Origin: Anthoceros angustus
Lineage: Eukaryota > Plantae > Anthocerotophyta
NCBI GenBank assembly: GCA_010909165.1
Contig: MU008167.1
Coordinates: 620,001 to 684,000 of the forward strand
Reading direction: 5' to 3'
Length of the DNA: 64,000 nucleotides
Shown: in pieces, positions 1-11,946 of the stretch
How the letters are laid out: the number at the start of each line of letters is the position of its first letter
Numbering within the stretch: the first letter of the stretch is position 1
Notes under the pieces: generated by a model
What the model was told of the DNA's origin: nothing
Database searches by the model: none
What the model saw: only the letters and a program-made list of their open reading frames with translations
Made by a program: the position numbers and the translations under genes

Positions 1-788
1 GGGAGCTCCTCCCTTTAGGTCATCTGCCGAAGTCTGTTCATACCTCGTCTTTGTCAGCCAGCTTGTGGGCGGCTACTGCTTGCTCCAGATAAGCATCGTG
101 CTGCGGAAGAGACATGGAGAAGTACCAGCAACCCATAAGACAAGTTGAGAATCAGAAGCCGATTTGATTTCATGTCAAAAGAACCAGAGCCTGTCCGCTC
201 ACCTCCTTATCCAGCAAGATATCTTCCTTCACCACATTCTTCACAATGTTTTTCCCAGGCTTGCCTAAGACCTGCAGATGATGCATGATCAGTTTCACAA
301 GGGAATTCCCAAATTCATTCGAGGAGGAGGCAGCACCGACCTTCTCAAAGATTTCCTGGTCATTTCTCTGTTGCTTGGCGTAAAGGATGACGATTCGCAG
401 AGCCTTGCCTGCGGCAAACCAGATGGGTTTCAGCAACCCGTTTAGCATATTGCAAGGAATCACTCAGGGCGAGGCATCGGAGGCTGACCCATTACCTAGT
501 GTAGGCAGGTCATACTTGTCAGTCATCTCCTGCAGCCAATCGCGATGGGCTGTGTCCAGATTGAAAGCGACCTCTTTCTTGCCATCGCTCCTAACAATCG
601 TTGAAGGTCTCTGTGGGATGCAGGCACCAAACCCATGAGCAGCTGGATTCACAGATCGCTGGAACCCGCAAAGTAAATCAGGATGCGCATACCGCAGTCG
701 GATCCATGAACATTCTGTAACAGGCGTACGTGAAGGCTCCTGCAGTTGCAGTGGACGCAAGCACGACCGCAAGCCTTTTCCAATCCAT
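1..788 (-). CDS. Unknown multi-exon protein (3' end runs off the window): N-terminal hydrophobic segment plus two ribbon-helix-helix-like repeats
   Basis: ATG at 788. GT-AG introns join MDWKRLAVVLASTATAGAFTYACYRMFMDPTA / RPSTIVRSDGKKEVAFNLDTAHRDWLQEMTDKYDLPTLG / KALRIVILYAKQQRNDQEIFEK / VLGKPGKNIVKNVVKEDILLDKE / HDAYLEQAVAAHKLADKDE in frame. Confidence 0.7.
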
Positions 789-966
789 CGTGTGTTGGTC
801 ACTAGCTAGAGAGAGAGGCGATTCGGTGATTCTGCGCGTTTTACAATTCGGCAGCCATGGAGGGGAGGTGCTGCTCGAGGCGCATGCATCTTTTGTCATA
901 CAGCTTAAAAAATACACAGCCAATTTGTGGCAACACTTCGTCTATATTCTGGCTGCATGAAGTTTG

Positions 967-3900
967 TCAAGCATTGGCAGCAGAGCTGCACTCCACATCT
1001 ACTACAATATGGCGGATGTGTGGTGCATACCACTTCACTCTTTCCACATGGGAGGCTGAGATCTGCCAGTCAAGTCCTGTTTCATCAGACGGGCCAGGCG
1101 ATATCAGTGAAGAAGGAAGATTGTAGGCTCTCTGCCAATGATGCAGGCTATCAAATGTGCATAGCAAACCTTGACTGGATGCGAGATTCCTCAAGGACTC
1201 GAGAAGATAATCAATCCACTCTCCTTCAGCGGTGTCCTTGACATTCTCGTGGACATGCAGAGTGCCACCTTTATGCCTGCAGAACTCATGATGATTTGCA
1301 ACACCGACTGGACCAGGTCAGTCTTCTGTACCTCATCTCTGAGTTATGTCAGGCACAAACATGCAGATACTGTACATGGTGGTGGGCTTACTTGAGAGCT
1401 TTCACAGCTGTGCTCCAACTGCCCTCACTGCTCGGTAAGAGTCCTAGGCACACCCTGTCTGCAATTCTCTGAGAAAAGACGGCCACTGAGTCCAGAAATC
1501 TTAAGTTCCATTTCCACTTGGCACAACCTTGCTTCAGGCATGACAGCTCAAATTCCAGATACCTCTGGTGCCATTATGCGATTGTCCCCCTCGATTACAG
1601 TGCAACGCTCCTCCACTGAGTTGACCTTGATGTTGTAGCGAAGTGCATGCAGTGCGTGAGAATTCCACTCACACGCATACGCATGCCTTGCACCTGCTCT
1701 GGTAACATACCCGAAGGAATGAGTGTTTTGATTTCCAAACAAACATGCATGAAGATGAAAATGACGTGGGTGCCATGGCAGCGCAATGGACAGAGGTAGC
1801 GAGAATGAAGAGGCGAACTCACTTGATGAGAAAAGGCAAGACGAAGTATCCGATTCCAGCAAACAAGTCCACCACTACTTCGCCATGGCAGTCCATGCTC
1901 GCAACTCGTAGCTTTTCAGACACGTTTCCAGAGGAGAACATGCACTTGGTGGCATCAAAACAGTACAGGATTCCATTCTCACGGTGCTCTATCCATCCAT
2001 CACTGCCTAGCAGAAGCTGTAGCTTACTATCCCTGGTACCTGTGGAAGCGATAGGGGCCTGCAGGGACTAAGAAAGCTAAGAGGACATCACAAGGCCTGC
2101 AACAGCTTTTATCATCTATTGTACAGCTCCATGGGGGAAATTGTCACCTGACGGGCGAGCCGACCGACTCCAAGAGCTCTAGCCACCGATTTCCACAAGT
2201 CATCACCTAGGGTGAGCCAGAGCTCATTCGGGAAAGACAGTGCTGGAAGCACCACCATGTCGCCGAGTCGTTCCCATCTGCTTCAGCACCAACCAACGTG
2301 TAAACAAACCTTGAAGTATACACTACACATGAGGTACTTACAAGTGGGGCAAAGCACACCTCCGAGGCAACTCTGAAAGCAGAGATATGGGAAGGTTTCG
2401 CTTCTTGAGCAAGGCCCCAACTTCCTCTTGTAGACACCTTTGTGCAGAGTTAAGCCTCCGAGTGTCGCTTGGTAGTGATGCTCTTGAGATGGTACCTCTC
2501 AAAGAGGCCAAGGTTGAGAGGGACGAGCTGTATTGTTGGTAATTAGGCAACAAGGCTGCTAAGCTTTCGGAGACTGATGATAAACTTTCCACACCTTGGA
2601 GGTTTCGAAAGTGATCTACAGCAACAGCTGTTATTGGAAAAGCTATGTGTTCTCCTTTGCCAAGAACCTTGGCTTTGTTTTGGAGATCCAGCCATCCAAG
2701 TGTCTTCAGCAAATCCTTGCCCTGCTTGGCCTTGGCCCTTGCAAACACAAGAACCCAGTGCTCATGCTCATGCTCATCCTCACTGTCTGCAAGGTCCGGC
2801 AATGCATACAAGTTGGCAGCTCGTATGTCAGCTGAGAGCCAGTTGTCAGAAACCTCATGGTTTACCTCCGTAGTGCCCGAAGCAGGAACAGATGGGCAGC
2901 AACTGTGTGATACATGATGAGTTTGACAAGACTTTGTGGACACGTTTGTGTTCCTGAGCTCCTCATCCGTGCCAGCTGTTGTTTCAAGACCATCCCTTTG
3001 ACTGGGCAAAATGCGCTCCACATCAAGAACAAATGGAGAGTTAAAGGCAGCTCCAAATGCAAAACATGCTGCCCCACCTCCGATCACAAAGAGTTTGTTC
3101 CCAACAGCACACACCGAGTGTCGAACAGGAAAGAAACTAAAAGGTGGAGAAAAATCCACCCTTCTCCAACACAGGAGCTTCACATGGAGCACAAAAATGT
3201 GCTCAGATGTCTTAGTGATTGGACAGCCTCCCATGAGAATAAGGTTTTCACCGCAAGCGGTCATAGAATGTGAAAACCTTGGGGCAGGGGGCTTCCCTGT
3301 GGTCTCGACCCTATTCCAACATAGTGTTCCAACGTCAAGAACAAAAAGCTCCCCATATATTTTGGTCTGGTCACGACCACCAAAGAGATAGACATTTTGT
3401 CCAATACAGGCTAATGAATGTGAGTAACGTGCGCAAGGCACTTGACCCTTGCACAGCAGCTTTCTCCAATGCAAGATTGTGGTCTCCAGTACATGGAGGT
3501 CGTCATAGATCTTTGCTTCACTTAGCCCTCCAAACACAAAGATGTTGGACGCTATGGCAACAGCCGCATGCCGATGTCTGCAGAACAGAGCCAATTTAAC
3601 TACGGTGGATTCCATTTAGCAACAGACCTACCAACTTCACTGGTTTCTCTTGAACCACAAGCACAGCACCCCACTTCATTGCAAAAGCAAAGGGACAGGT
3701 TGGAAATTCCAAATAACCTTGGAGGTAAGGAGGCTCCGGAGGTCACAATGGGTCTCCAACACTTGTCTGTTAAGCTGAACATGAACACATCGCCAAGAGG
3801 TTTCTGTGGCCCCTCTCTTCCACCAATCACTATCATCTTGTCACCGATAACCACAGATGTATGACCTTGACGTGCGGAGGGTGCTCCATTGTCATTTGCT

Positions 3901-5477
3901 TGCAGATTCTGTAGCATGGCACTCTTGACATCTAAAAGCCACAAGTCATTTTGACGAGCATGGCGGCCAGGGCCTCCATAGCCTCCAAAAATGATCAAGG
4001 AGGCCCGATCACTGTCCTGTGGGGTAAAAACGGTGCAAGCCGAGTGGCTCCACCTATGCAGTTTGACAACAGGCTCTCCTGAGACAACCAGAGGGGCTGC
4101 TAGTAAACTGCAACCATCAGATTGGCCCACCCCTGTGAGTCGCACAGTCTGAATAACCCCGTTCACAGATGCGTTGCTAAAGAAAAGACACAGAGCATCT
4201 GCAGAACACACAAAGGTAACCAGCCAGAGACGTACAACATACCAGCATCGGCAAGCACAGCAGCAGGTGCAGGCTCCTTGCTTGCAGTCGAGGCACCGCA
4301 ACTCCCGTCAACCACAGAGATCTCATTTCCAGGCTCAACGTAATCGACTTTCAAGGGCTCCCATACTGATGGGCTGCTACTCAATATCGTCGTGTGATGC
4401 TGAGTCTGCTGACCTGTGATTAGGAGTTCATCTTCAGCTGTGTCACTGCCTCGACCATCCCTAGGGACAAAGCCTGACGTTGCGAGCTTTGTCTCAAAGG
4501 CACGTAGACGAGACAGGAGCGTCATCTGCCTATTCTTCAGCTGTGAGAGACTCCTTTCCCGCACCTCCAGCTCCTTCCCGGTGACAGGAACGTCTTCCTC
4601 CCCAACGCCACCATCATGTGCACTGCTACAGACACCTCGTTCTCCTCCTCTTCCTCCTGTGCAGGCCGAACCCCTAATTACTTCCTCGTTCCCCTCAAGA
4701 GGAGCATCTTCCTCACCAAAACTCTCCCCCTCCGGAGCCATCACACCACCTTCAACCTACACGCCTTTCACAAAGTAACATCACGAAAAAGACAAGAACC
4801 AAGGAACAGACTGGAACCCACCCTGGCAACTGAACTGCAAACAAAACCGAAATAAGCAAGACCCAGAACCTCACCTGCTCCACAAACATGCGCAGGAACT
4901 TCTCTGTCCTGGCACAATTCACGGCCATCTTCTCATTAGCCAACCCAGTGAGCAGCTCGAGGTAATCTTCAGAAACAAGCAGCCGTCCCGCGTCGGCCAC
5001 AGGAACTTCCAAGCGTATGGAGCAGCGCACGGCCACAATCACACGTCTCCCCAAGCTGGTGATCCCAGACTCTCGGAATCCAGCAGCAACAGCACAGGCC
5101 ACCAGCTGCTGAGCAGCGGACGCGGAGCTACACTCCAAGGCGAGAATAAAAGGCTCGAACTTGAACACCAGCAGGCCCTGCTTCCCGACATGAAGGTACA
5201 GGTCCCGGAGAGCGGCTACCACCTGGTGCACATATGCGGGCTGGTGGCTCACGAAAATCCAATCCCCGCCCTTTTTCTTCTTCTTCCTGCCTGGCTCAGC
5301 ATCCAGGAAGAGCACTATCCGGCCGGAGCAGGAACTGGTGGTGAAGAAGCAGGGATGGTTGTTTACGCAGGAGATGAGGTGGGCTATGGGAGCGTCGACG
5401 CCTCCCTTCCTCGACCTGTCACGCTCCTCAACGGACAGCGCCTGCAGCACGGCTCGCTTGCGCGCTGTGAAGTCCAT
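967..5477 (-). CDS. TYW2/3/4: tRNA wybutosine-synthesizing protein 2/3/4 (TYW3 domain - Kelch repeats - TYW2 SAM-dependent domain fusion), multi-exon
   Basis: Start MDFTARKRAVL at 5477. TYW3 motifs D.S.KGGVD and FTTSSCSGRI. Kelch repeats (FGGYGG, IGGREG, FGGRDQ, IGGGAACFAFG). TYW2 motifs WERLGD, DATKCMFSSGN, VVDLFAGIGYF, ACEWN, DRVCLGLLP, HVHEN, and C-terminal HVERVKWYAPHIRH ending at stop 967-969. GT-AG introns (e.g. 4874-4757). Confidence 0.95.
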
Positions 5478-5574
5478 CCCCCTTTTGCCTTGAACCCTGC
5501 ACCATCCCTTGTACGCCGTCCCAGTCTTTCTATTCATTAGAAGGAACATGGAGACTTAATGAAAAAGAATTTTT

Positions 5575-6405
5575 ACCGCGATGAGATTCGCTTTCATTAG
5601 AAGGAACAATGTAGACTTAACTAAAAAGAATTTCTACGAAACCTCATCCAACCACTAGCCAGTCCTCTTTCGGCCTCTGTGGGGCCTCCATCGACGATCC
5701 TCGAGCCTACTTAGGGCATTAGCCAATGGGTGGATAATATATTGCTATACACAACATCATCCGAAACGTCATATTCTTGATGGAAGGAGAGTGGTTTTTT
5801 ACTTTTCAAGGAGGGGCAGTATACTCTGCTTAATGGCGTCTCTATCAGAGTTGACCTTTTCTTGACGCGGGGAATGAGGTTTCGGTTGCGGACGTAGTTG
5901 TCACTGACCCAACCAGAGATTCTGTTAGCGACTATGTCATCATCAACCCTTCAGGTTGGGCAGCGGAAGGGAGCACAACTAAGAAAATTTACAAGTACAG
6001 GCCTATGCAGTAAGATCACATTTTTATCCCCCTGGCCATTGAAACCATGGGGCTTTGAGTAAGATTTTTTCTCGTTTTATCAAGGAGCGCATGGCCTACC
6101 ACAACAGGCGGTTGGCCTTTCCAAAGGTTGTGGCTTATTTCAACGGGTTTCCATCGCCCGCAAAGAGCGCTACGCTATCTTTAGGAGGATCACGAGTGCT
6201 GGAGACGCGGCATAGCACGAGTGGTAAGTAGACCCTTCCCTATCTCGGACGGCGACATCTTGGGGGCGGTTGGGGGTTATAGGGTAGATTAGTGTGGAGG
6301 CACGTGCCCCCTTGCCTGGTACCCCGGTGTGGGTTGTCCCCTTTCGCCTCGGGGTAGATGGGATTTCTCATCTTGTTCTTTTTATAAAGTCTCCACATTC
6401 CGGAT
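5575..6405 (+). mobile_element. Degenerate 3' fragment of a CRE-like (restriction-like endonuclease) non-LTR retrotransposon
   Basis: Translates to CGASIDD...IAIHNIIRNVIF (zinc-knuckle region), VDLFLTR..VADVVVTDPT..GWAA..KKIYKY..FIPLAIETMG (PD-(D/E)xK REL domain) and QRVSIA, with stops and frameshifts. Homologous to 46000-48400. Confidence 0.75.
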
Positions 6406-6409
6406 TAAA

Positions 6410-6610
6410 AAGAAGTGATGGAAAACCATCTACCCCGAACCGAGAGGGACAAGCCAGTAAATAGATTGGCCTCCACGAATGCCAACCCCGAAGCTACTAC
6501 CGCCCCCGATTATGTCGTGGTCCGAACTGAGGAAAGGCCTACCTACAATTGGTGCCAATGACGCCACATCTCCTGCATTCGTTGTCATCCTGTAAATAGG
6601 TTGCCTATCG
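6410..6610 (-). mobile_element. Second, inverted copy of the CRE-like 3' end (tail-to-tail with 5575-6405)
   Basis: ccatctaccccg..gggacaa and accgccccc..atgtcg..gtccga..ggaa.gg.ctac align with the reverse complement of 6170-6370. Confidence 0.6.
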
Positions 6611-6699
6611 TTCTCTAATATCTGCGTATTAGATTTGTTTGCTTGGTTGTTGGTCGAGGAAGTGCTTATATGAATTCAAGTGCTTACCTCGTGCGACAT

Positions 6700-7686
6700 T
6701 AGAAAGATGGGACTACCCATTACCTCCCATGGTTGGTGTTGGAGGATAACAAGCCGGGCACAACCATTTTTAACACCCATGTGGATGCAGCGAGGAGGTT
6801 TGGCCATCCGCAGCGGATTCGGTCGGACTATGCAGCAGAGCACAACCTGATAGAGGCGGACATGAACCGTGCGAGGCCAAGGGTACTTGGCAGCAACTTC
6901 ATCCGCGGTCCCTTAGTGCACAACCAGGTCAGGCTGTGGTAGCTTACGATGCCTTTGTCAGCGAGGAGCTATGGTGAAGGGTAGTAACTGCGGCCTTCCT
7001 GCAGAGGATGGAGCATTTTTGGCAGTCATTGGGGGAGAAATGGGCATTCCTGTACAAGAGGTAAATGATGGATTTGGTGAGGAGTAGGGAATTCGATGTC
7101 ACCAACCCATTGGCACATCCATTCGCTGTATGTCACCTTCATGCCCACGATGACCGTGGAGCTCGAACGTTGGAGGCAAGTGTGCAGGCACAGGATGCGT
7201 AGGATAAGGGGCACGGACCGGGACATCCCCGGCCATGTGCCTGCAATAGCGTTCCAGGAAGAGGCTTGGCTACAAGGGTGGGTGCAGCCACCCGCATATG
7301 GGGCTGAGGAGGATGATGGCGAGGAGTTCGATGTGAGTGGCCCTAAGTATGCACAAAACGTGGCCCCCGAGATGCCACCGCTAGGCGTGATTGAGCTGCT
7401 ATCTGGGATGAGTCCTGAGTTGCAGCCCACATTTCGTTCTGTGTGTGGTTGCAGCTGTTTTTTGTGAGGTTCCATCCCCTGAGCATTGCAGGTAAGGGAA
7501 ACTCAAACGCGTGTGGCAGTACTGTGGGCTATGCAGGAACTGTGTGTCGCAAGGGACAATGCGTATGCCAAGGGCTTGGAGGGCATGGACTTCCTCCCCG
7601 ATATGTACTGCATGCACCCAGAGTTGACGACATTGCACAGGGAGTATAGGAGCAGGGCGGAGGCACTGCCCGACTACCTGCAGTAG
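6700..7686 (+). pseudogene. Degenerate integrase-core/DDE transposase of IS3EU-like type
   Basis: DGTTHYLPWLVLEDNKPGTTIF...AARRFGHPQRIRSDYAAEHN...FIRGPLVHNQ-[GT-AG intron ~6928-7004]-RMEHFW matches the 'YG.P.RVRSD.G.EN...G.SVHNQRIERLW' integrase family. In-frame stop near 7062, then frameshifts. Confidence 0.65.
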
Positions 7687-9419
7687 TGGACGTAGGCTGA
7701 AGCCATGCCGTGGGCGTGAACAGGGATCAGCTTGCTCGTGATGTGGTGCAGTAGGTGTGCGTACAGGGTGCGGGATAATGTTGTGGAGCATCTCCTTTGA
7801 GCACTCCTACCATGAGGTGGGGGCATAGAGTCTTGACAATTCCAAGCCTTTTGCCCCAGAGTCTTGTGCATTGCAGGCCTTTTGAGTGCAAGCCCTATAT
7901 CAGTGCGATTGTTTTCATGGAAGCCCTTCTTGTGTTGGTCCTTATGGTACAATCTTGTTTATGAATACTTAGTGCTTTGAGCAATCGCACCCTATTGACA
8001 AGAAGAAACGCAAAGCTATAACGCCGCAAACATTGTGCGCTTTGTAGCTGGGGCAAACGCAATCGACGCAGCAAAGAACGTGCATCGCAAGGTCCAGCAT
8101 ATAGCCTCACAGACGCACAACAACGCAAACGCACATTGCAACGGTTCAAAGTAAATGCACAATGCAAGGGTCCAGGGCAAATGCACCCATTAGAAGGGTC
8201 CTCACCAAACATGCCTTTGTACTGAATACGCAATCCTAACCACAAGTGGGCAAGAGAAAAAAATTCATGTGCATCATCGGCTTAACAAGATGGTATGCCG
8301 GGGGGGCTGCAGCAAACGCTGATGTTGTTATATGAGACATAAAGAAATAGTCCCGCAGCATGTGAGAGGACTATTTCTTTCTGTATAGAACCCTAAAAAG
8401 ATATGGATGGCCCGTGCCGATATCGGTATTCCATACTACCGTACCGATTCGATATTAATTTATTAAAATTAGTAAAAGTTAAAAATTCAGAAATTATTAT
8501 ACTTAAAATGTTGAATAGGTAAAAATTTATGAGTTGATGATGTCAAAAATAAGGAAACTAGGGTTTGTGTGGAAAATTAAGGCCTATTTAAGGGAGGTCT
8601 ATACATATCCATTAGTTTTATACATATAAACCTATTTTTTTAATAAATATTAAAATTTAATAAAATTATTTTTATAAATGTTGAAAGTTTGAAAAATATG
8701 AATATTTATGTTGAACCTTATTTTTTCAAAAAAATAATTATTTCGACATTATCCTGTTGAACCACCCCTCGGGGTACGGTACTCCCAACTGACATTCATG
8801 TCACGAGTCAACCTTACCTTATGCGAGAGGCTGACGTGAGGCGTGCTCACATAATATCGTTGTCCAAATCTCCTCTCATCCCTTACAGGACCTTAATAAA
8901 ATATCAAGTAAACATTTATTAGCTTCATTAGCCTTCAAAAAATTAGTACCACCCATCCAAATATACGTACATAGACCGAAACAAGTCTCCCAGCTTAGCT
9001 CCTGTCCTCCTAGACATGTCGGACACAATCGTATAAAAAAGATGTAAATCCCCGACATAATCCTCAAACATGAGCACGGTATGACCACCAGTGACCTCTC
9101 CTGTGGAGGTGGCTACACAGCACAAGAAGATAGGACATCTCGAGAGAGGGACACGCACCGAAGACCAGTGAGCTCTCAGGTCCAAACCAATAGACAGGTG
9201 GAGGAACAATTTACTCAGGCACAAGATGTTGAAGGACTGGCAATGCGTTTCTTGTGAAATGCACAACATGTTCGAAGGTAGTGCTCCCGTCAACCAGATG
9301 CAAAAGGAACTAACTGGGTTGGAAATAAGGTGTCTGACGAGTCCTTTGGCAGCCTAACGAAGACCAAGCATTTCACTCTCAATCAGCAGACACCTATTTA
9401 AGGCTCCTGGAAGCATATG

Positions 9420-11946
9420 TCAAGCAATCAGAGAAGACTCCTTTCGGTACTCCCGCAGTATGACCGCAACGCTAGTTGGAGGAAGCTGCAACACAACCGG
9501 GATACAGGTGTTGAGGATGCCAAAAGCAAAAGCACTTACCACGCACCATGACCATCGCAAATGTGTCTACTTTCAAGCCGACAGGAGCACTACAGAATGC
9601 ATAACAGACATACCATGCCAAGCTCCGTGATAACCATGGTGACGTACTCTGCCGGAGTGGCATCATACCTGCATGTTACAGTTTAGTGCACGTAAGTCCA
9701 TAGAAAGAGTAGAGTGAAGCAAGAGTGACATCAGGAAGCCATACTTTGCAATGGCAGGTTCAATTTGGATCACAACACAGACAAGGGCCGGACAGCCCAG
9801 TGCTTACTTCAGATTCAGCAGCTGGAGATGTTCCAGGTCTTGCCATCCTTCAAGTTGCTTAAGGTCCTTCCTCCCTGACACCTTGACCAAGACATTGGGA
9901 TCACCTGCATTCTGCCCCGTCAGAATAATGGTACCAGTCACCTCTTGCTGGACGAGGAACAGGAGCCCAGACAACATCAGGCACCGTGATGACAAATGTG
10001 TGTGGAAGTTTAAGACATAAAAGCTCACCTAATTCGTTTGAGCAGATGGAGTCCAGTTGCACTCTCTCATGGAACTTGTAAGTTTCACAACAAATCATGA
10101 CTGGAATATTGCACGAACTGGCCACCATGGCAACACATGCTGTCCCTACTCTCGAATACACAGTCCCATTTGACAGAACAGACGCAGCTCCTAAAAACAC
10201 TCGTGTAACTTCTTGCATGACGTATGTCACGGTGTTTATCTGACAATATGTGCACTGCAGGCCCTGTTCCAACAGTTTGCAAAGAAGCCGCCGTCCCTCA
10301 AGTTTAGGCCTCGAATCTACTACTACTACTCTAAACTTCTTGCCAAGTTGATGAGCTCGAACAAGAATCATCTCCACCACACTTGAGAAGGCATGGGTCA
10401 GCAAGACATCTCCATCTCTTATCTTTGTCACAGCATGCCTGACAATCTCTTGATCAGCAAACACAATCTTTTCTTGCAAGAAACGGTCAATCTCACCAAT
10501 GAGTAACGCCTTTGCCTCTGATTCAGTTAGTGTGTCTGAGAGCTTTCCAATCCTGGTCTTGAGAAATTTGATAGCATTCCCCATGCTTATGGACAAAGGC
10601 CTGCACTCTATCAGAAACGAGACCTGGCTGTTGATTCTCGCCGTCAAATCCCTTACCAACGCCTTCTCGGGAGGAGTAGAATACTCTTGAATCAGGTCAC
10701 GGAAAGCACACAACAATGCCACACACCGCACATTCCCTCCAACAACATCCTCGGTCAGATATTGAAGCCCAATCTGGACCAGAACACCAAGCAGCAGCTC
10801 CATCACCAAACGGGTGTGCACATACGAGGGGAGAAACAACAGATGCACGTGCACGCCCCCAGCTTCACAGCAAGGAAGCAAAGCATGGTGCAAAGATTGC
10901 CTTACCTTGTAGACAGAAGGATGCGGATGCATGACATCCTCCTGGAAATACTTCGCTTCCAGAAGAGGCAACTTGTCACCATGAACGAAGTGCGGTAGAT
11001 GTCTGAAGAGCGTCAGCCTGTCCTTCGTCTCCCCCTGCTCGGCGAAGGCCTTCTTTCTCAGCTTCGCTACCCGCTGCGGGTCATCAAACTGCATTCTCAA
11101 CGGCAGTTTCTTCTCCACCACAACCTTTTCTGGAGCCACCGCCTTCTTGTCGCTGCCGCCGCCTGCCTTTCTGTCACCGCTTGCATCCTTCTTCTGCGAG
11201 GCAACCGGTGTTGCTTTCCCTTCTTTGTAAGCCGGCACTGCAGTCCCCCGGCCTGCAAATCACGGCCATCCTCACACGGAACTCAACCGAGCGCAAGCAA
11301 AAGCACAATAGCAAGAAAGGAAGAAACAGAAACAGGAACAGAAACAATACCAGTCTCCGCCCGAGCAGCCTTCTGCGCACGCTGCGCGTCCTGTAGAGCC
11401 CGGCGTTCTGCTTTGGAGGTCCGTTCTTTCAAGGACTTGGACGAGTCTGCACACACCCGAGCCGACGGATCTACACTCAGGAATTCGAGCTGCACACACG
11501 CAAATGCCATGCGCTGGAGCTGCATCTGGAGCTGCATCTGGAACTGAAGCTGGAGACCTTCTGCAGGCGTTACAATCTTGGGAGAGAGTTCGGACTTGTC
11601 CGAAGTTGCGGCAGCAGGTGCTGCCTTCCCGGCCAGGCCTGCATTCACATTGACAGCATCCCCGGCGGGGCTGAATCCGTTGCTGTTGCTCCTGCTGGAA
11701 GGAGCGGGCGAGGCGGCCAGCAGGGGCTCTGCGCTGTAGCTGCCCGCCTCCACGGCGTGCGCCGGGAGCCTCCTGGGAGACATGGCTTTCATCAACTGCG
11801 GCGGGATGATGACGGGGGCGGGAGAATTGGCCACGGTGCTGCTGGCAGGCACCGTGGCCCCTCTCCCCACCTGCCACGGGCTCCGAGCCCGCTGTGAAGA
11901 AGCCCACCTGCCGCACCTTGGCTTCGGAAACGTTCCGCCCCCTCAT
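9420..11946 (-). CDS. EIF2B4: Translation initiation factor eIF-2B subunit delta (multi-exon; apparent 1-nt frameshift near 11870)
   Basis: N-terminus MRGRNVSEAKVRQVGFF; KERTSKAERRALQDAQRA; LFRHLPHF; HPHPSVYK-IGLQY..GGNVRC; CRPLSISMGNAI; VVVDSRPKLEG; LSNGTVYSRVGT; CETYKFHERVQLDSICSNELGDP; YDATPAEYVTMVITELGM-LPPTSVAVILREY; stop 9420-9422. Confidence 0.95.

Noticed and set aside
5478-5549. N-terminal extension of TYW from the ORF track
   Set aside because: Homology starts at MDF (5477); the upstream ATG is probably not used.
8400-8750. AT-rich tract as a MITE (also 12170-12410)
   Set aside because: No convincing TIR or TSD could be delimited.
8755-9070. Possible solo LTR (TGTTGA...TCAAACA)
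   Set aside because: No matching TSD and no second copy in the window.
10774-10905. 44-aa insertion in eIF2B-delta suggested by ORF 9901..11238
   Set aside because: It is a 132-nt in-frame GT-AG intron between conserved SVYK and IGLQY.
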